Shown here in pieces: positions 37,991 through 50,847 of a stretch of DNA of 64,000 nucleotides. Below the pieces are notes generated by a model that was given only the letters and a program-made list of their open reading frames with translations, was not told the DNA's origin and did no database searches. Position 1 is the stretch's first letter, and each line of letters starts with the position of its first letter. The translations under genes and the position numbers were made by a program. Location: NCBI RefSeq assembly GCF_009914755.1, contig NC_060936.1; one strand, given 5' to 3'. The DNA comes from the human T2T-CHM13v2.0 reference genome, Homo sapiens.

Positions 37991-40255
37991 TGTATTAGTT
38001 CGTTTTCATGCTGCTGATAAGGACATACCCACAACCGGATATTTTTTTTTTTTTGAAGAGTTTTAATCGACTTACAGTTCCAAGTGGCTGAGGAGGCATC
38101 ACAATTATGATGGAAGACAAGGAGGAGCAAGTCACATCTTACATAGATGGCAGCAGGCAAAGAGAGACAGCTTTTGCAGAGAAACTCCCATTTTTAAAAC
38201 CATCAGATCTTATGAGACTTATTCAGTATCAGGAGAACAGACTTGCCCCCGTAATTCAATACTGGGTCCCTCCCACAATTCAAGATGAGATTTGTGTGGG
38301 GACAAAGCCAAACCATACCTTTCTGCCCCTGGCCCCTCCCAAATCTCATGTCCTTACATTTCGAAACCAATCATGCCTTCCCAACAGTATCCCAAAGTCT
38401 TAACTCATTTCAGTATTAACTCAAAAGTCCACAGTCCAAAGTCTCATCTGAGACAAGGCAAGTTCCTTCCACGTATGAGCCTGTTAAATCAAAAGCAAGT
38501 TAGTTACTTCCTAGGTAAAATGGGGGTACAGGCATTGGGTAAATATATCCATTCCAAATGGGAGAAATTGGCCAAAACAAAGGGGCTACAGGTCCCATGC
38601 AAGTCCAAAATCCAGCAGGGCAGTCAAATCTCAAAGCTCAAAAAAATAATCTCCTTTGACTCCATGTCTCACTTCCAGGTCACACTGATGCAAGAGGTGG
38701 GTTCCCATCATCTTGGGCAGCTCTGTCCCTGTGGCTTTGCAGGGTACAGCCTCCCCCCCAGCTGCTTTCATGTGCTGGTGTAGAGTGTCTGTCACTTTTC
38801 CAGGTGCATGGTGCAAGCTGTCAGTGGATCTATGATTCTGGGGTCTGGAGGATGGTTGCCCTCTTCTCACAGCTCCACTAGGCAATGCCCCAGTAGGGAC
38901 TCTGTGTGGGGCCTCTGACTCCACATTTCCCTTCTGCACTGCCCTAGCAGAGGTTCTCCATGAGGGCCCCACCCCTGCAACAAACTTCTGCCTGGGCATC
39001 CAGACATTTCCGTACATTCTCTGAAATTAAGGTGGAGGTTCCCAAACCCCAATTCTTGACTTCTGTGCCCTCACAGGCTCAACACCATGTGGAAGCTGCC
39101 AAGGCTTGGGGCTTGCACCCTCTGAAGCCAAGGCTTGAGCTTTATGTTGGCCCCTTTCGGCCATGGCTGGAGTGGCTGAGACTCAGGGCACCAAGTCCCT
39201 AGGCTGCATAAAGCATGGGGATCCGGGGCCCAGCCCATGAAACCATTTTTTCCTCCTAGGCCTCCAGGTTTGTGATGGGAGAGGCTACCAAGAGGACCTC
39301 TGACATGCCCTGGAGACATTTTCCCCATTGTCTTGGAGATTAACATTCAACTCCTCATTACGTTTGCAAATTTCTGTAGCTGGCTTGTATTTCTCCTAAG
39401 AAAATGGGACTTTCTCTTTTACTAAATTGTCAGGCTGCAAATTTTCCAAACTTTTATGTTCTGCTTCCCTTATAAAACTGAATGCCTTTAACAGCACCAA
39501 GTCACCTCTTGAATGCTTTGCTGCTTAGAAACTTTTCCACCAGATACCCTAAATCATCTCTCTTAAGTTCAAAGCTCCACAAATCTCTAGAGCAGGGGCA
39601 AAATGCTGCCAGTCTCTTTGCTAAAATGTAACAAGAGTCACCTTTGTTCCAGTTTCCAACAAGTTTCTCATTTCCATGTGAGACCACTTCAGCCTGTATT
39701 TCATTGTCCATATCATTATCAGCATTTTGGCTGAGGCCATTCCACAAGTCTCTAAGGAGTTCCAATTTTTCCCACATTTTACTGTCTTCTTCTGAGCCCT
39801 CCAAACTGTCTTAATCTCTGCCTGTTACCCAGTTCCAAAGGTGCTTCCACATTTTTGGGTAGCTTTTCAGCAGCACCCCACTATACTGGTATCAATTTAC
39901 TGTATTAATCTATTTTCATGCTGTTGTTAAAGACATACCTGAGACTGGGCAATTTACAGAAAAAAGAGGTTTAATGGACTTACAGTTCTACGTGACAGGG
40001 GAGGCCTCACAACTATGATGAAAGGCAAGGAGGAGGAAGTCACAATTAATGTGGATGTAGCAGGCAAAGAGAGAGATCTTGTGTAGGGAAATTCCTGTTT
40101 CTAAAGCCATCAGATCTTGTGAGACTTATTCACTATCAGGAGAACAGCATGGGAAAGGCTTGCTTGCATGATCCAAGTACCTCCCACTGGGACCCTCCCA
40201 CAACATGTGGGAATTCAAGATGAGATTTGGGTAGGGACACAGCCAAACCATATTA
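37991..40255 (-). mobile_element. Complete THE1A MaLR provirus (LTR 37991-38320, internal 38321-39900, LTR 39901-40255)
   Basis: Two similar LTRs (tgtatta...ccaaaccata), ~1.6 kb THE1 internal region, 5-bp TSD gggac/ggaac; aggagcaagtcacatcttaca...gcaggcaaagagag is THE1A-type. Confidence 0.92.
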
Positions 40256-40260
40256 GGAAC

Positions 40261-43200
40261 TATATTAATATGAATATTGGATCTCTTGTTATCACTCCAC
40301 AGGTTCCTGAGGTACTGCTCAATTTTTTTCAGTTCAGTTTCTCTTCATTCATATAATTTTTTATATAATTATAAATAGTATATATTTTTTAAATATCAGT
40401 TTCCTATTGTTCATTGTTAGTATATAGTAATACAATTGATTTTTCTATTTGGTCTTATATTCTGCAATCTAGATTCCATTTAATTTTCTACATGGATTTT
40501 TTTTCATGAATGATTATGTCATCTTTAAATAATGGCAGTTTTACTTTATTCTTGCCAATATTAATGTCGTATTTTTTATTTTTCTTGCCTTAGTGCATTT
40601 GCTAAAACCCCTAGTACAATGTTAAATATAATGTCTTTTTTCCTGTTCTTAGCAAAAAATCATTTAGTCTTTCCCCATTAAGTATGATGTTAGTTGTAAG
40701 TTTTTCATAGGTGCCATTTATTAGGTTTAGGAATGTCGTTATATTCCTAGTTTTCTGAGAGATTTCTTTTTAAATCAGGAATTAACATTAAGTTTTGTTA
40801 AATATTTTTTGTGCCTCTACCAATATTATCATATGTTTTCCTGTCCACTAATATGATAAATTATATTGACAGATTTAAATATAGCAAGCCAATCATATAT
40901 TCCTGGGATACATACCACTTGGTCATGATGTATGATTGTCTTTATATATCAGGGAATGCTGATCTTCAGTTTTCTTTTCTGGTAATGTCTGGTTTTGGTA
41001 TCAAAATAATGCTGGCCTCAAAGAATGAGTTCATGAGTATTCCCTTCTCTTTGATTTTCAACTTTTTGAAATATTTGGGGTAAGACAAACATGATATCCT
41101 CCTTAAATATTTGCTAGAATTCATGAGTAAAACCATCTGGATCCAGAGTTTTCTTTGTGGAAAATGTTTTCTAACTGTAAATTCAATTTCCGCAATTTAT
41201 ATAGTACTGAATATTATGAGTTAATCTTAGTTGGTCTAAATTGGCCCCTGTACTTGTCTTCAGGGTTGTTGACTCTTGGTCAATCATATTCTGTAACCTT
41301 GGGTAAGTTGTTTCATAATAGAATGTATGAGACTTTCAACATTTTTAGTAATAATAATTTGACTTATGATTTGAATGTGGTTTCAGTGGATTCTGGGAAT
41401 TTCAATGGTAAAGTCTGGTCAGTTACATAGCTCGAATGTGTTTATGTGACCAGCTCACTATAAGAAAACCCCCACCATATACAAAATTTTGGCTTTGGCT
41501 TTCTTCTACTGAGGGTCTTTGCACACATGCTGGTGGTAATTTAAGACCTAGAGACTATGCATATTCTATGTGAACTGATCCAGTGTGAAAGGAAAAAAAA
41601 GCCTACTCTTGAGACTTCTAGTGCCCTTTCTATGCACATATTTCTCCATCATAGTTACCGTTTTTGATGCTCTTAATTCCTTTGATAGATTCAGGTTTTC
41701 ATCTGATACAATTTTCTTTTTACTTGTAGCACTCACTTTAATATTTCTTTTCTGATAATGGGTTCTTTCAGCTTCTGTATGTCTGAAAACAATCTTTGAT
41801 GCTCTTAATTCCTTTGATAGATTCAGGTTTTCATCTGATACAATTTTCTTTTTACTTGTAGCACTCACTTTAATATTTCTTTTCTGATAATGGGTTCTTT
41901 TAGCTTCTGTATGTCTGAAAACAATCTTTATTTTACGTTTGGTATTGAAAGATATTTTCACCAATTATAGCATCTTAGGTTGGCACATCTATTTTTCTTT
42001 CAGTACTGTAAGGATGTTGTTCCATTATTTTCTGTCTTTTTTTGTGACAAGATATCTGATGCAATCTGTATGTTTGTCATTCTGTATATAACATGCTTTT
42101 TTCTGTTTAATTTTAAGATTTCCTTTTCATCATTGCTTTTAAGCAATTTGATCATATTGTGCCTTGGTGTAGTTTACTTCATGTTTCTTGACTTGAAACT
42201 TGTTGAAATTTTTGAAACTTTAGATTTATCATTTTCTGCAAATTTGAACAACTTTTTGGCCATTTTTCCTTTAAATATTTTTTCTAGATACCTCTACCTC
42301 CCATGTGTCTGATTGTATACACATGTGGCCACATATGTCCCACAGCTCACTGATGTTCAATTCATGTTTTCTAGTCTTTTTTTCCTCCCATTTAATTTTA
42401 GAGTTTCTATTCTTGTTTAAAATTCAGAAATTTCACTGTCTTATCTGCCATTAATCCTATCCAGTGCTTTTTTCACTTGAAGTTTTTATCTCTAGAAGCC
42501 TAAGATTGGTTTTTAACAGTCGCTTCCATGTATCTATTCAACATGTGCATTCTTCCCTCAGCTTTTTGAATTTATGGAATACAATTATAATAAATATTTT
42601 ATTGTCATGTTTGTTAATTATAATCTGTGACATTTCTGGGTGACTTTTAATCAATTAATTTTTTTATCTCATTATGGCTAATATTTTCCCATTTCTTTGC
42701 ATGCTTGGCAATTTTTGGTAGGATGTCAGACATTTTGAACTTTACCTTGTTGGATGCTAGATATTTTTGTGTTCCTAAAATATTTTTGAGCTTTGTTTTG
42801 GGACATGGTTAAGTTACTTGAAAAAAAGTGGTTTCTTGGGGGAAATCTTGTTCTAGGCTTTGTTAGATGGGACCAGAGCCACATTTACTAGGGCTAAATT
42901 ACTCCAATACTCCAAAATTTATGACTTGAATATGGTTTATGTGGATCCTGGGAGTTTTAATGATTAACAGTTAAAAATCCCTTTTAAAACTCTAACTGGT
43001 GCCCTGTAAATTATAAGATTTTCAAATCTGATATTTGGAAACAGACACTATTATTGACCCTATGATTTGACATTATTTTCTCTAATCCTTTCAGGTGGTT
43101 CTTTCTTCAGCCTTGGGTACCTTTCTCACATGGATGCATTATTGAGTAGTCTACTGAATACTTGAAGGGGACCCTCTACAGATCTATAAAGTTCTTTCTG

Positions 43201-43540
43201 TGTGTAGCTCTCTCTTCCCTAGTACTCTGTCCTGTGATCTTCAGTTGCCTTGGTTTCCCCAGATTCCCGGATTCTTGTCCTAGACTCAGAGATACTACCA
43301 AGCTCTTCCTGTGTCTCTCTAATCCTGCACAATGCAGGCCAGAAATTTTCTTCTGGAGCTAAGTTGGAACAATTATAAGGTTCACCTATTTTGTTTTTCA
43401 TCTTGGCTAGATTATGGCCTTCCTTGTCTGATGTCCAATGTTCCAATGTATTCAGAGCCATTTTTTTTTTCATTTTTTTGGTAGTTTTTTGAGTGAGGAG
43501 TGTAAATCTAGTCTATGTCAATTCATTTTAATCAAGATCA
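40261..43540 (-). mobile_element. Decayed L1M fragments, with a probable ERV LTR remnant at ~41200-41630
   Basis: T-rich L1 antisense landmarks (agtatgatgttagttgtaag; gtatcaaaataatgctggcctca); gtgtttatgtgaccagc...aaaaccccc resembles MER21-group LTRs. Confidence 0.7.
41663..41926. repeat. 132-bp tandem duplication (2 copies, 1 mismatch)
   Basis: 41663-41794 equals 41795-41926 except C41769/T41901. Confidence 0.97.
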
Positions 43541-43559
43541 GAAGTCAAACCTCTTGTGT

Positions 43560-44060
43560 TTCATTCAGATACCTTTCTTCCTGCCACTGGAGCCCATATC
43601 TTTCAGGGAAAGCTCATCTCACTTCCCTGGGATGAATCTGGAGGGTCTAAGTGTAATCTCATTGAGTTCAGCAATTCAGCTAATCATCACATGGTATTCC
43701 CCTGGCCACAGAGATTATTTCAAGAATGGACATACAAATCAGTTTTGACTTAGTCACAAAGGAAAAGTTTTCTGGGGGATTCCATGAAAAGTTATCTCCT
43801 TCTTAAGAGAGGATAAATGAAAGTAATGGTCCCGTTTCTTCTGGTTATAGTTGTTAGCATAAGTAAGACCTGAAACTGCAGCAATGATATTGCTACCAGC
43901 AAGAATGTGAGGCTAAGGAAAGACAGAGCGAATAGAATCACCAAGAAACAATGATAGAGAAATTGTATTAAGCTTTAACTAATCAAACCTTTACCTCTGG
44001 TCTTTTCCAGTTACATGAGCCAATATATTTTCTTATTAACCATTCTGAAATTAGCATTCT
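43560..44060 (+). mobile_element. Old MLT1 (J/K-like) LTR
   Basis: tattcccctggccacagagattatttcaagaatggacat...cttttccagttacatgagccaatatattttc. Confidence 0.55.
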
Positions 44061-44294
44061 TTTACTAGGAGATTAAGCTTTTTCCAGCTCTGCACTTTGA
44101 CTCACACTTAACATTTAAATTCCTATAGATCAAAGACTAGATATCATTTCTTTGTGGCTCTCTTTGCAACTAAAAGCAATAGCTGACTGAGTGACTTGGG
44201 AATGTTTTAAAAATTTCTTTGAGTCTCAGTTTGCTTGTCCATAAAAGTGGAGATAATATTATCAGGTTATTATAAAGTTTTAAAATGCTATAGT

Positions 44295-45005
44295 TTTTCT
44301 TTTCTTTTAATTAATTTGAATTTTTATTTTAAGTTTTAGGGTACATGTGAAGGATGTGCAAGTTTGTTACATAGGTAAATGTGTGCCGTGGTGGTTTGCT
44401 GCACCTATCAAGCCATCACCTAGGTATTAAGCCCAGCATGCATTGACTATTTTTCCTAATGCTCTCCCTCCCCCAACCATACCCTGACAGGCCCCAGTGT
44501 GTATTGTTCCTCTCCCTGTGTTCATGTGTTCTCATTATCCAGCTCCCACTTATAAGTGAGAACATGTAGCGTTTGGTTTTCTGTTCCTGCATTAATTTGC
44601 TGAAGACAATGTCTTCCGGCTCCATCCATGTCCCTGCAAAGGACATGATCTTTTTCCTTTTTATGGCTGCATAGTGTTTCATGGAGTATATGTACCACAT
44701 TTTCTTTATCCAGTGTATCATTGATGGGCATTTGGGTTGATTCCATGTCTTTGCTATTGTGAAGAGTACAGTGAACATAAGTGTGCATGTATCTTTGTAA
44801 AAGAATGATTTATATTCCTTTGGGTGTATACCCAGTAATGGTATTGCTGGGTCAAATGGTATTTCTGGTTCTAAATCTTTGAGGAATCACCACACCATCT
44901 TTCACAATGGTTGAACGAATTTACATTCCCACCAACAGTGTAAAAGCATTCCTATTTATCTGCAACCTCACCAGCATCTGTTGTTTCTTGACTTTTTAAT
45001 AATCA
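44295..45005 (-). mobile_element. L1PA (PA8-like) 3' end, ~700 bp
   Basis: ORF 44416..44778 (LFTIAKTWNQPKCPS...WIKKMWYIY) is the L1 ORF2p C-terminus; typical L1PA 3' UTR. Confidence 0.93.
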
Positions 45006-45096
45006 TTGTCCCAGTGCTTGTTAAGCCTGTCACACATTATCAGCTTAATAAATATGAGTCCCCCTTTGCCTCATCACAGTAAGTGTTCTAGTGACT

Positions 45097-45490
45097 ATTT
45101 CTTTTTCTTTTTCTTTTTTCTTCTCTTTCTTTCTTCTTTTTCTTTCTTTCTTTCTCTTTCTTTCTTTCTCTCTCTCTCTCTTTCTTCTTTCTTTCTTTCT
45201 TTCTCTCTCACTCTCTGTCTGGCTTTCTTTCTTCTTTTTCTTTTTTCAGAGTCTCACTCTGTTGCCCAGGCTGGAGTCCATTCATTGCAACCTCCACCTC
45301 CAGGTTCAAGTGATTCCTGTGCCTCAGCCTCCCGAGTAGCTGGGATTACAGGTGCATGCCACCATTTACCTGGCTAATTTTTGTGTTTTTAGTAGAGATG
45401 GGGTTTCACCATGTTGGCCAGGCTGGTGTTAAACTCCCAACCTCAGGTGATCCACCTGCCTCAGCCTCCCAAAATGCTGGAATTACAGGC
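45097..45490 (-). mobile_element. AluSx, slightly 5'-truncated, with a ~150 bp CT-rich tail
   Basis: Alu body 45247-45490; TSD agtgactatttct (45090-45102 / 45494-45506). Confidence 0.92.
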
Positions 45491-45529
45491 TCCAGTGACT
45501 ATTTCTATAGCTCTGGAGTCAGGATTCAC

Positions 45530-46165
45530 CAGAGGTGTGCTAGAAAATATTTAAAAATGGGTCTGTCAAAAAAAAGGCATCCTGCTTTGTGGTATTTGCC
45601 ATTATCCATGGTGAAAATCCTTCCACCACAGCCGACTTCAAGCAATCAACATGACATCACTAAACATAGAATTGTGAAGAGATGAATAGTAACACACCAT
45701 TATATAATATTTCCATGATACAGATACACATATAATAGAGAAATAACCTCAAAAGCATAAATAATAATAAAACACAGTAAAATAGTTAAGAAGTTAAACT
45801 TAAGAGTTTAAGATCTTTATTACCTTTGTTTTTAATCTAATTAATTTTGTTGTCAGCTAATTTAAATTTTTTTTCTAATTAAGATTTTTTATTTTTTTCA
45901 CAAGCACAAAGAATGATTTATTATTAGATTTACAGATATAAAATTATGTTTTAATAAATGTTATCACAACAAACAGCATAGGAAAACAACAGAACATGTT
46001 TATTACAGGCATACATCTAGGAGATTAATATAAATAATTGATATTACATTAGTAAATTTTTATCATTCTACAACTTAACATTTAATGATGACAATATTTA
46101 AACAATAGGAAAATCTAGCAACTGGCTCTTGCAAGCTGGTACCAGCCAACTCCAACAGCCTGCTG
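45530..46165. mobile_element. MER63-like hAT element, interrupted
   Basis: aatcaacatgacatcactaaacatagaattg...; actggctcttgcaagctggtaccagccaactccaaca terminus. Confidence 0.5.
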
Positions 46166-47627
46166 TGTTTCATCTCCCACCTCCCCAACTCACCTTTCTA
46201 GGGCTAGCTCCCTTGAGCAAATAGTTGAAAAAATGGGAGTTTTCCTCTTACATTTCTCTGGAACTGAGTTTTGGACTCTGCTTCTCAGTGGCTTGTATGT
46301 TTTACCTGCAGGTCACTGGTTGATTTGTGGCAGGACACCATGGAAACATGGATGTGGGGCAGGCTACTCTCCCTCTGACTGTCCTGCTCCTTTGATCTCC
46401 CAGCATCACTCCAAACAAAGCTGCAGGAGTGATCTTGGCACCCTTTAATCAATAGTTGAGGAGTAATTAGACAAAATTATAATGTCAGAAGGGAAAATCC
46501 AAAAGCTGTGTGGCAATTTGTGCAGTCCAAGGAAAAGCATATAAAACACTAAATCATATAAAAGCATATAAAACACTAAATCCTTCACATTTTAATTCAA
46601 GAGCAACTTATTGGACATTTACTATGTGCCAGGCATAGGGTTAGATCCATTTAAACAGTTGACATATCCCAAGATTTTAATTTGGCTATCTTGTCCTCAG
46701 TTTTTATTCTCTCCCACAGTGTCTATTTTTTCTCGCCTTCCTAATGTGAACTCTTACTCCCTGCTCTCCACGAGGAATCCTGTCCCCTGACATCTCCACC
46801 TGCAATAGTTCTTTCCCCTAGTTTGGTATCATTTCATCTCAGTCAACTATAAATGAGATATGGGGGAGATGGGGGCTTTTTAGAACATATATGGATGACC
46901 TTTGACACCTTAGATTCTACAAAAGAGGCTGAGTTAAGGTAGGGTTGGGGCTCCAACTCACACAGAAAATTGCAGAGCAGCATAAACCTTCTAGATATCT
47001 CCTTTAAGATCACCCTAGCAGTGAAAATTAAAGTCATACTTACTGATTTTCTTGAATATTTTTCAGGTAAACATTAACTTATTTCATTAAGCATGTATAC
47101 ATAATCTCTGAAGGAAGAAGTATTAATTCTGTGTCAGTAAACCTTAAACCCATAATGAGGAATAAAATGTTTACCCAGTGGTCTGGTAATTTCTAAGGCA
47201 CCTCTTGCCATAGCAGCAATAAGTAACATTGTTATGCAGAGAAGTTGAGTTCCTTTGTTTTACCCCATCATTCCTAAATTATATCCCTTCTTGCTCTTCA
47301 ACAATAAGACTCAAACCCATTGGTGATCCATTTTCCTTCTTGTGGCCTGTCATAGGAGCAGGTCTAAGTAATGCAGCAAATTGGGATTCAGGTGTTAAAA
47401 GAAGAAAGATGAAATAGGACACAGTCCCTATTACCACAGAGCTCACCCTTCAGTGGAGAATACACAGATGTACAAATGAAAGATTATGATACAATGTGAT
47501 AAATACCATAGCAGAGCATCAACAAGTAAATGATGTGGAATCATAGAATAGACCTTCATTTTGGGTGGGAAGGTGGAAGGCTTGGAGAAAACTTCATATT
47601 AACATTGGGCAGTCAAGGCTTAGAAGG

Positions 47628-48159
47628 TGTATTAGTCAGGGTTCTCTAGAGGGACAGAACTAATAGGATAGATGCATATATGAAGGGGAGTTTATTAAGA
47701 TAATTGACTCACACGATCACAAGGTGAAGTCCCACAATAGGCCATCTGCAAGCTGAGGAGCCAAGAAGCCAGTCTGAGTCCCAAAACTTCAAAAGTAGGG
47801 AAGCCAATGGTGCAGATTTCAGTCTGTGGCCAAAGGCCCGAGAGCCTCTGTCAGGTGGCTGGTGTAAGTCCAAGAGTCCAAAAGCTAAAGAACTTGGAGA
47901 CTGACGTTCAGGGACAAGAAGCATCCAGCACAGGAGAAAGATGGAGGCCAGAAGACTCAGCAAGTCTACTCTTACCTTGCCTCCTTTTATGCTGGCAGCT
48001 GACTAGATGGTGCCCACCCAGATTGAGGGTGGGTCTGCCTCTCCCAGTTCACTGACTCCAATGCTAATCTACTTTGGCAACACCTGCAAAGACACACCCA
48101 AGAACAATACTTTGCATCCTTCAATACAATCAAGTTGACACTCAATATTAACCATCACA
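47628..48159 (-). mobile_element. Solo MLT2A (MLT2A2-like) ERVL LTR inserted in an L2
   Basis: tgtattagtcagggttctctagagggacagaactaatagga...caagttgacactcaatattaaccatcaca; perfect TSD gaagg. Confidence 0.92.
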
Positions 48160-48960
48160 GAAGGGATTTGCCTGGCAAAGAAGACCAGATTATGTGAGGT
48201 ACAGAAAACTGCATGTATCAAGATATAAAGGCCTTTGGATGGGGAATTGTGTGTAGTCTACTATGATTATTGCGTGTGCATGTGTGTGTGCATGCATGTG
48301 TGCATTTAATGTGAAAGGAGTGATAAGGGCTGAGCAAAATCATCAAAAAGTGAGCAAAATGAGCAAAAAATGTGTAAAATGAGCAAAAATAAGATTGAGC
48401 AAGATGCCAAAGATATTTGAATGTACTAAAGATTTTGGACTTTATTTTGTAGGTGTATTGGCCTGAATAGAGCCAATTAATATTCTCAAGTAGGAGAGTG
48501 ATATTCTCAGTTATGAGAAATAACCTTGTTCACATTGTTGAGTATGACTTGTTGTGCAGAGACTGAAGGCAGGAGGATAGTTAAGAGGCTGTTAGGATAA
48601 TCAACTTTTCAGAGATGAAGACCTGAACTACTGTGGTAGGTAAGCATACAGAACATTATAGATCAACAGTTCATAGAAGATAATTAATAAAAAGAAGAAC
48701 GAAAGAATGCTTTAAGTCTCCTAAATGAACATCTTCCAGGTAGGTGGGGATGCTGTTAACATAATGTAGGCAGCAAGCATGGGGAAGACACTGACGGAAT
48801 GAATTTAAAGTATCTGGAAAACACCAAGGCAGATATGTCCAAGTCTCAGTTACAAATGAGATTTGGCATTCAAGAAAGAGGTCAGAATGGAAGCTCTATA
48901 AATTTGGGAATTATTAGGAAATAATAATGAATTATTTTCCCACTGCCGCTTTAAGAAATT

Positions 48961-49308
48961 AAGTAGTTCCCCTTATCTGCAGTTTTGATTTCCATGGTTT
49001 CAGTTACCTACAGTCAACCACAATCTGAAAATAGCTGAACATAGTGCAATAAGGTATTTTGAGAGAGAGAGAGAAAAAAAAAGAGAAGAGCATCCACATT
49101 TACATAACTTTAATTACAGTATATTATTATAATTGTTCTATTTTATTATTGTGATGGTTGTTAATCTCTCACTCTGCCTGATTTATTTATCATAGTTATA
49201 TCCGTATAGGGAAAACATATTATATATTGGATTTGGTATTATCTGTGATTTCAGGCATCCATGGGGTGTCTTGGAATATATTCTCTGCAGATAAGGGGAG
49301 ATGACTGA
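48961..49308. mobile_element. Tigger3a/MER7A-like MITE nested in an MLT1 LTR (~48930-49720)
   Basis: Terminal inverted repeats agtagttccccttatctgcag ... ctgcagataaggggagatgactg. Confidence 0.8.
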
Positions 49309-50265
49309 ACTATACACTTAGGAATTTAAAACAACACAAAACTGTTATTTTTCAGAAGCCTGAAATGAGTCTATTGAGACTAAAATAAAGGTTTCAGCAG
49401 GGTTGCGTTCCTTCTGTAGGCTCCAGGGGCAATTTTCCTTTCTTACGTTTTCCAACTCCTAGAAGCTGCCTTCTTTCTTTGGCTTGCGGCCCCTACTTCC
49501 ACCTTCGAAGTATCTTAGTCAACCTCACTTTTATTGTCATATCTGCTTCTTCCATACAGACCCGCCTGCTCGTCTAGATAATCCAAGATAATCTCATCTC
49601 AAGATTCTTAATCACATCTGCAAAATCCCTTTTGACATGTATGCTAACACACCAAACAGGTTCTGGGAGTTAGAGTGTGTACATCTTTGGGATAGGGGGC
49701 ATGGTTCAACTGACCACAGGGGTAGATGAGAAAAGTGTGGAAGAATGAGGAAAGAGAAGGGCTGAATGCAATAATCTGGAAACATCAATATGAGAAGGAG
49801 GAAGGAAGATACGTGTACAATCAATGTTTCTTGGAAGTCAATGGATCAAGATATTTATAAAAGGAGAAATTAAAACTCTCCAAGACTCTTCTCTGCCAGT
49901 GGCTCTGTTAGCCTGCCAGCCACTAGGTTTACCTTCCTGCTGTCTATGAAGTGAACAAAAACACCAAATGGTATATGAAACAATGATGCAGTCCATATTT
50001 GCCAGTTCCTGATTTATTTGCTCTCCAGGGTGGCACTAATTAACTCTGAACTCCTGGTTTGACTCCCAGGTCTAAATCCAAGATTTGATGTAACCTTGAG
50101 CTCCCTTTTCAGAATTTGTGTTGACTTTTCCTCTGGCTCTCTTCTTCTTTCACTGTGGTAGCAGTGAGCAACAGCAGACTTCAAGATCCTTAGGGACCTT
50201 TACCCTCTAAAACTGGTCTCTTCCTTCCCTCTCAAGCCCCTTGAGCAGAAAGAGTGGAATCAGTA

Positions 50266-50847
50266 CAGCAGGTCCCTGAACAACATTGTTTCATTCAATG
50301 ACCTTTTATTCTGACATTGAGAAAAAAAAAAAAAAAAGATTCCTGGCCAGGGCCACTGTCTGTGTGAAGTTTGCATGTCCTCTGCATGTCGCCATGGATG
50401 TTCTCCAGGTATTTTGGTTAACTCCCACATCCCAAAGATGTGCACATTAGATGAATTGGTGTGTCTAAGTTGTTCCCATCTGAGTGAGTGTGGGTGTGGG
50501 TATGAGTGCATCCTATAATGGAATGGCATCCTATCCAGGGTGGGTTCCTGCCTGGCCCCCTGAGCACATAGCCACTTGCTACTCTGAACTGGAATAATTG
50601 GGTAAATAACTATCGTACTCGTTTTCATTAATCTCTTTAAATGTATATTTAGCTAACATTTGTTTCAATGCTTAATATTAGAAGCGTTTTGGCCTTTATT
50701 TAGAAGTCTTATAATCAGAAATATGCCATATGAAGTTAACTCTTGTTTATAGCAATTAGCTTATGGTAAAATTAGTTTTGCTATATGTCATTTTGCTTAA
50801 ATGTGCAGTTTCAAGAACCTATTGACGACATTAAGTGTATTTCCTGT
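50266..50847. mobile_element. MER6A (TcMar-Tigger)
   Basis: cagcaggtccctgaacaacattgtttc...gccactgtctgtgtgaagtttgcatgtcctc...ctcccacatcccaaagatgtgc...gaacctattgacgacattaagtg. Confidence 0.8.

Noticed and set aside
38107-39804. Several 60-163 aa ORFs
   Set aside because: They lie in the THE1A provirus and are broken MaLR remnants or antisense frames.
41566-41964. 132-aa ORF with an internal 44-aa repeat
   Set aside because: Artefact of the in-frame 132-bp tandem duplication within decayed L1.
44416-44788. ORF with clear protein similarity
   Set aside because: It is the C-terminus of L1 ORF2p in a 5'-truncated L1PA, not a host gene.
46533-46582. 27-bp period tandem duplication; similar small ones at ~18247-18320 and ~58797-58830
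   Set aside because: Ordinary slippage duplications with no further structure.
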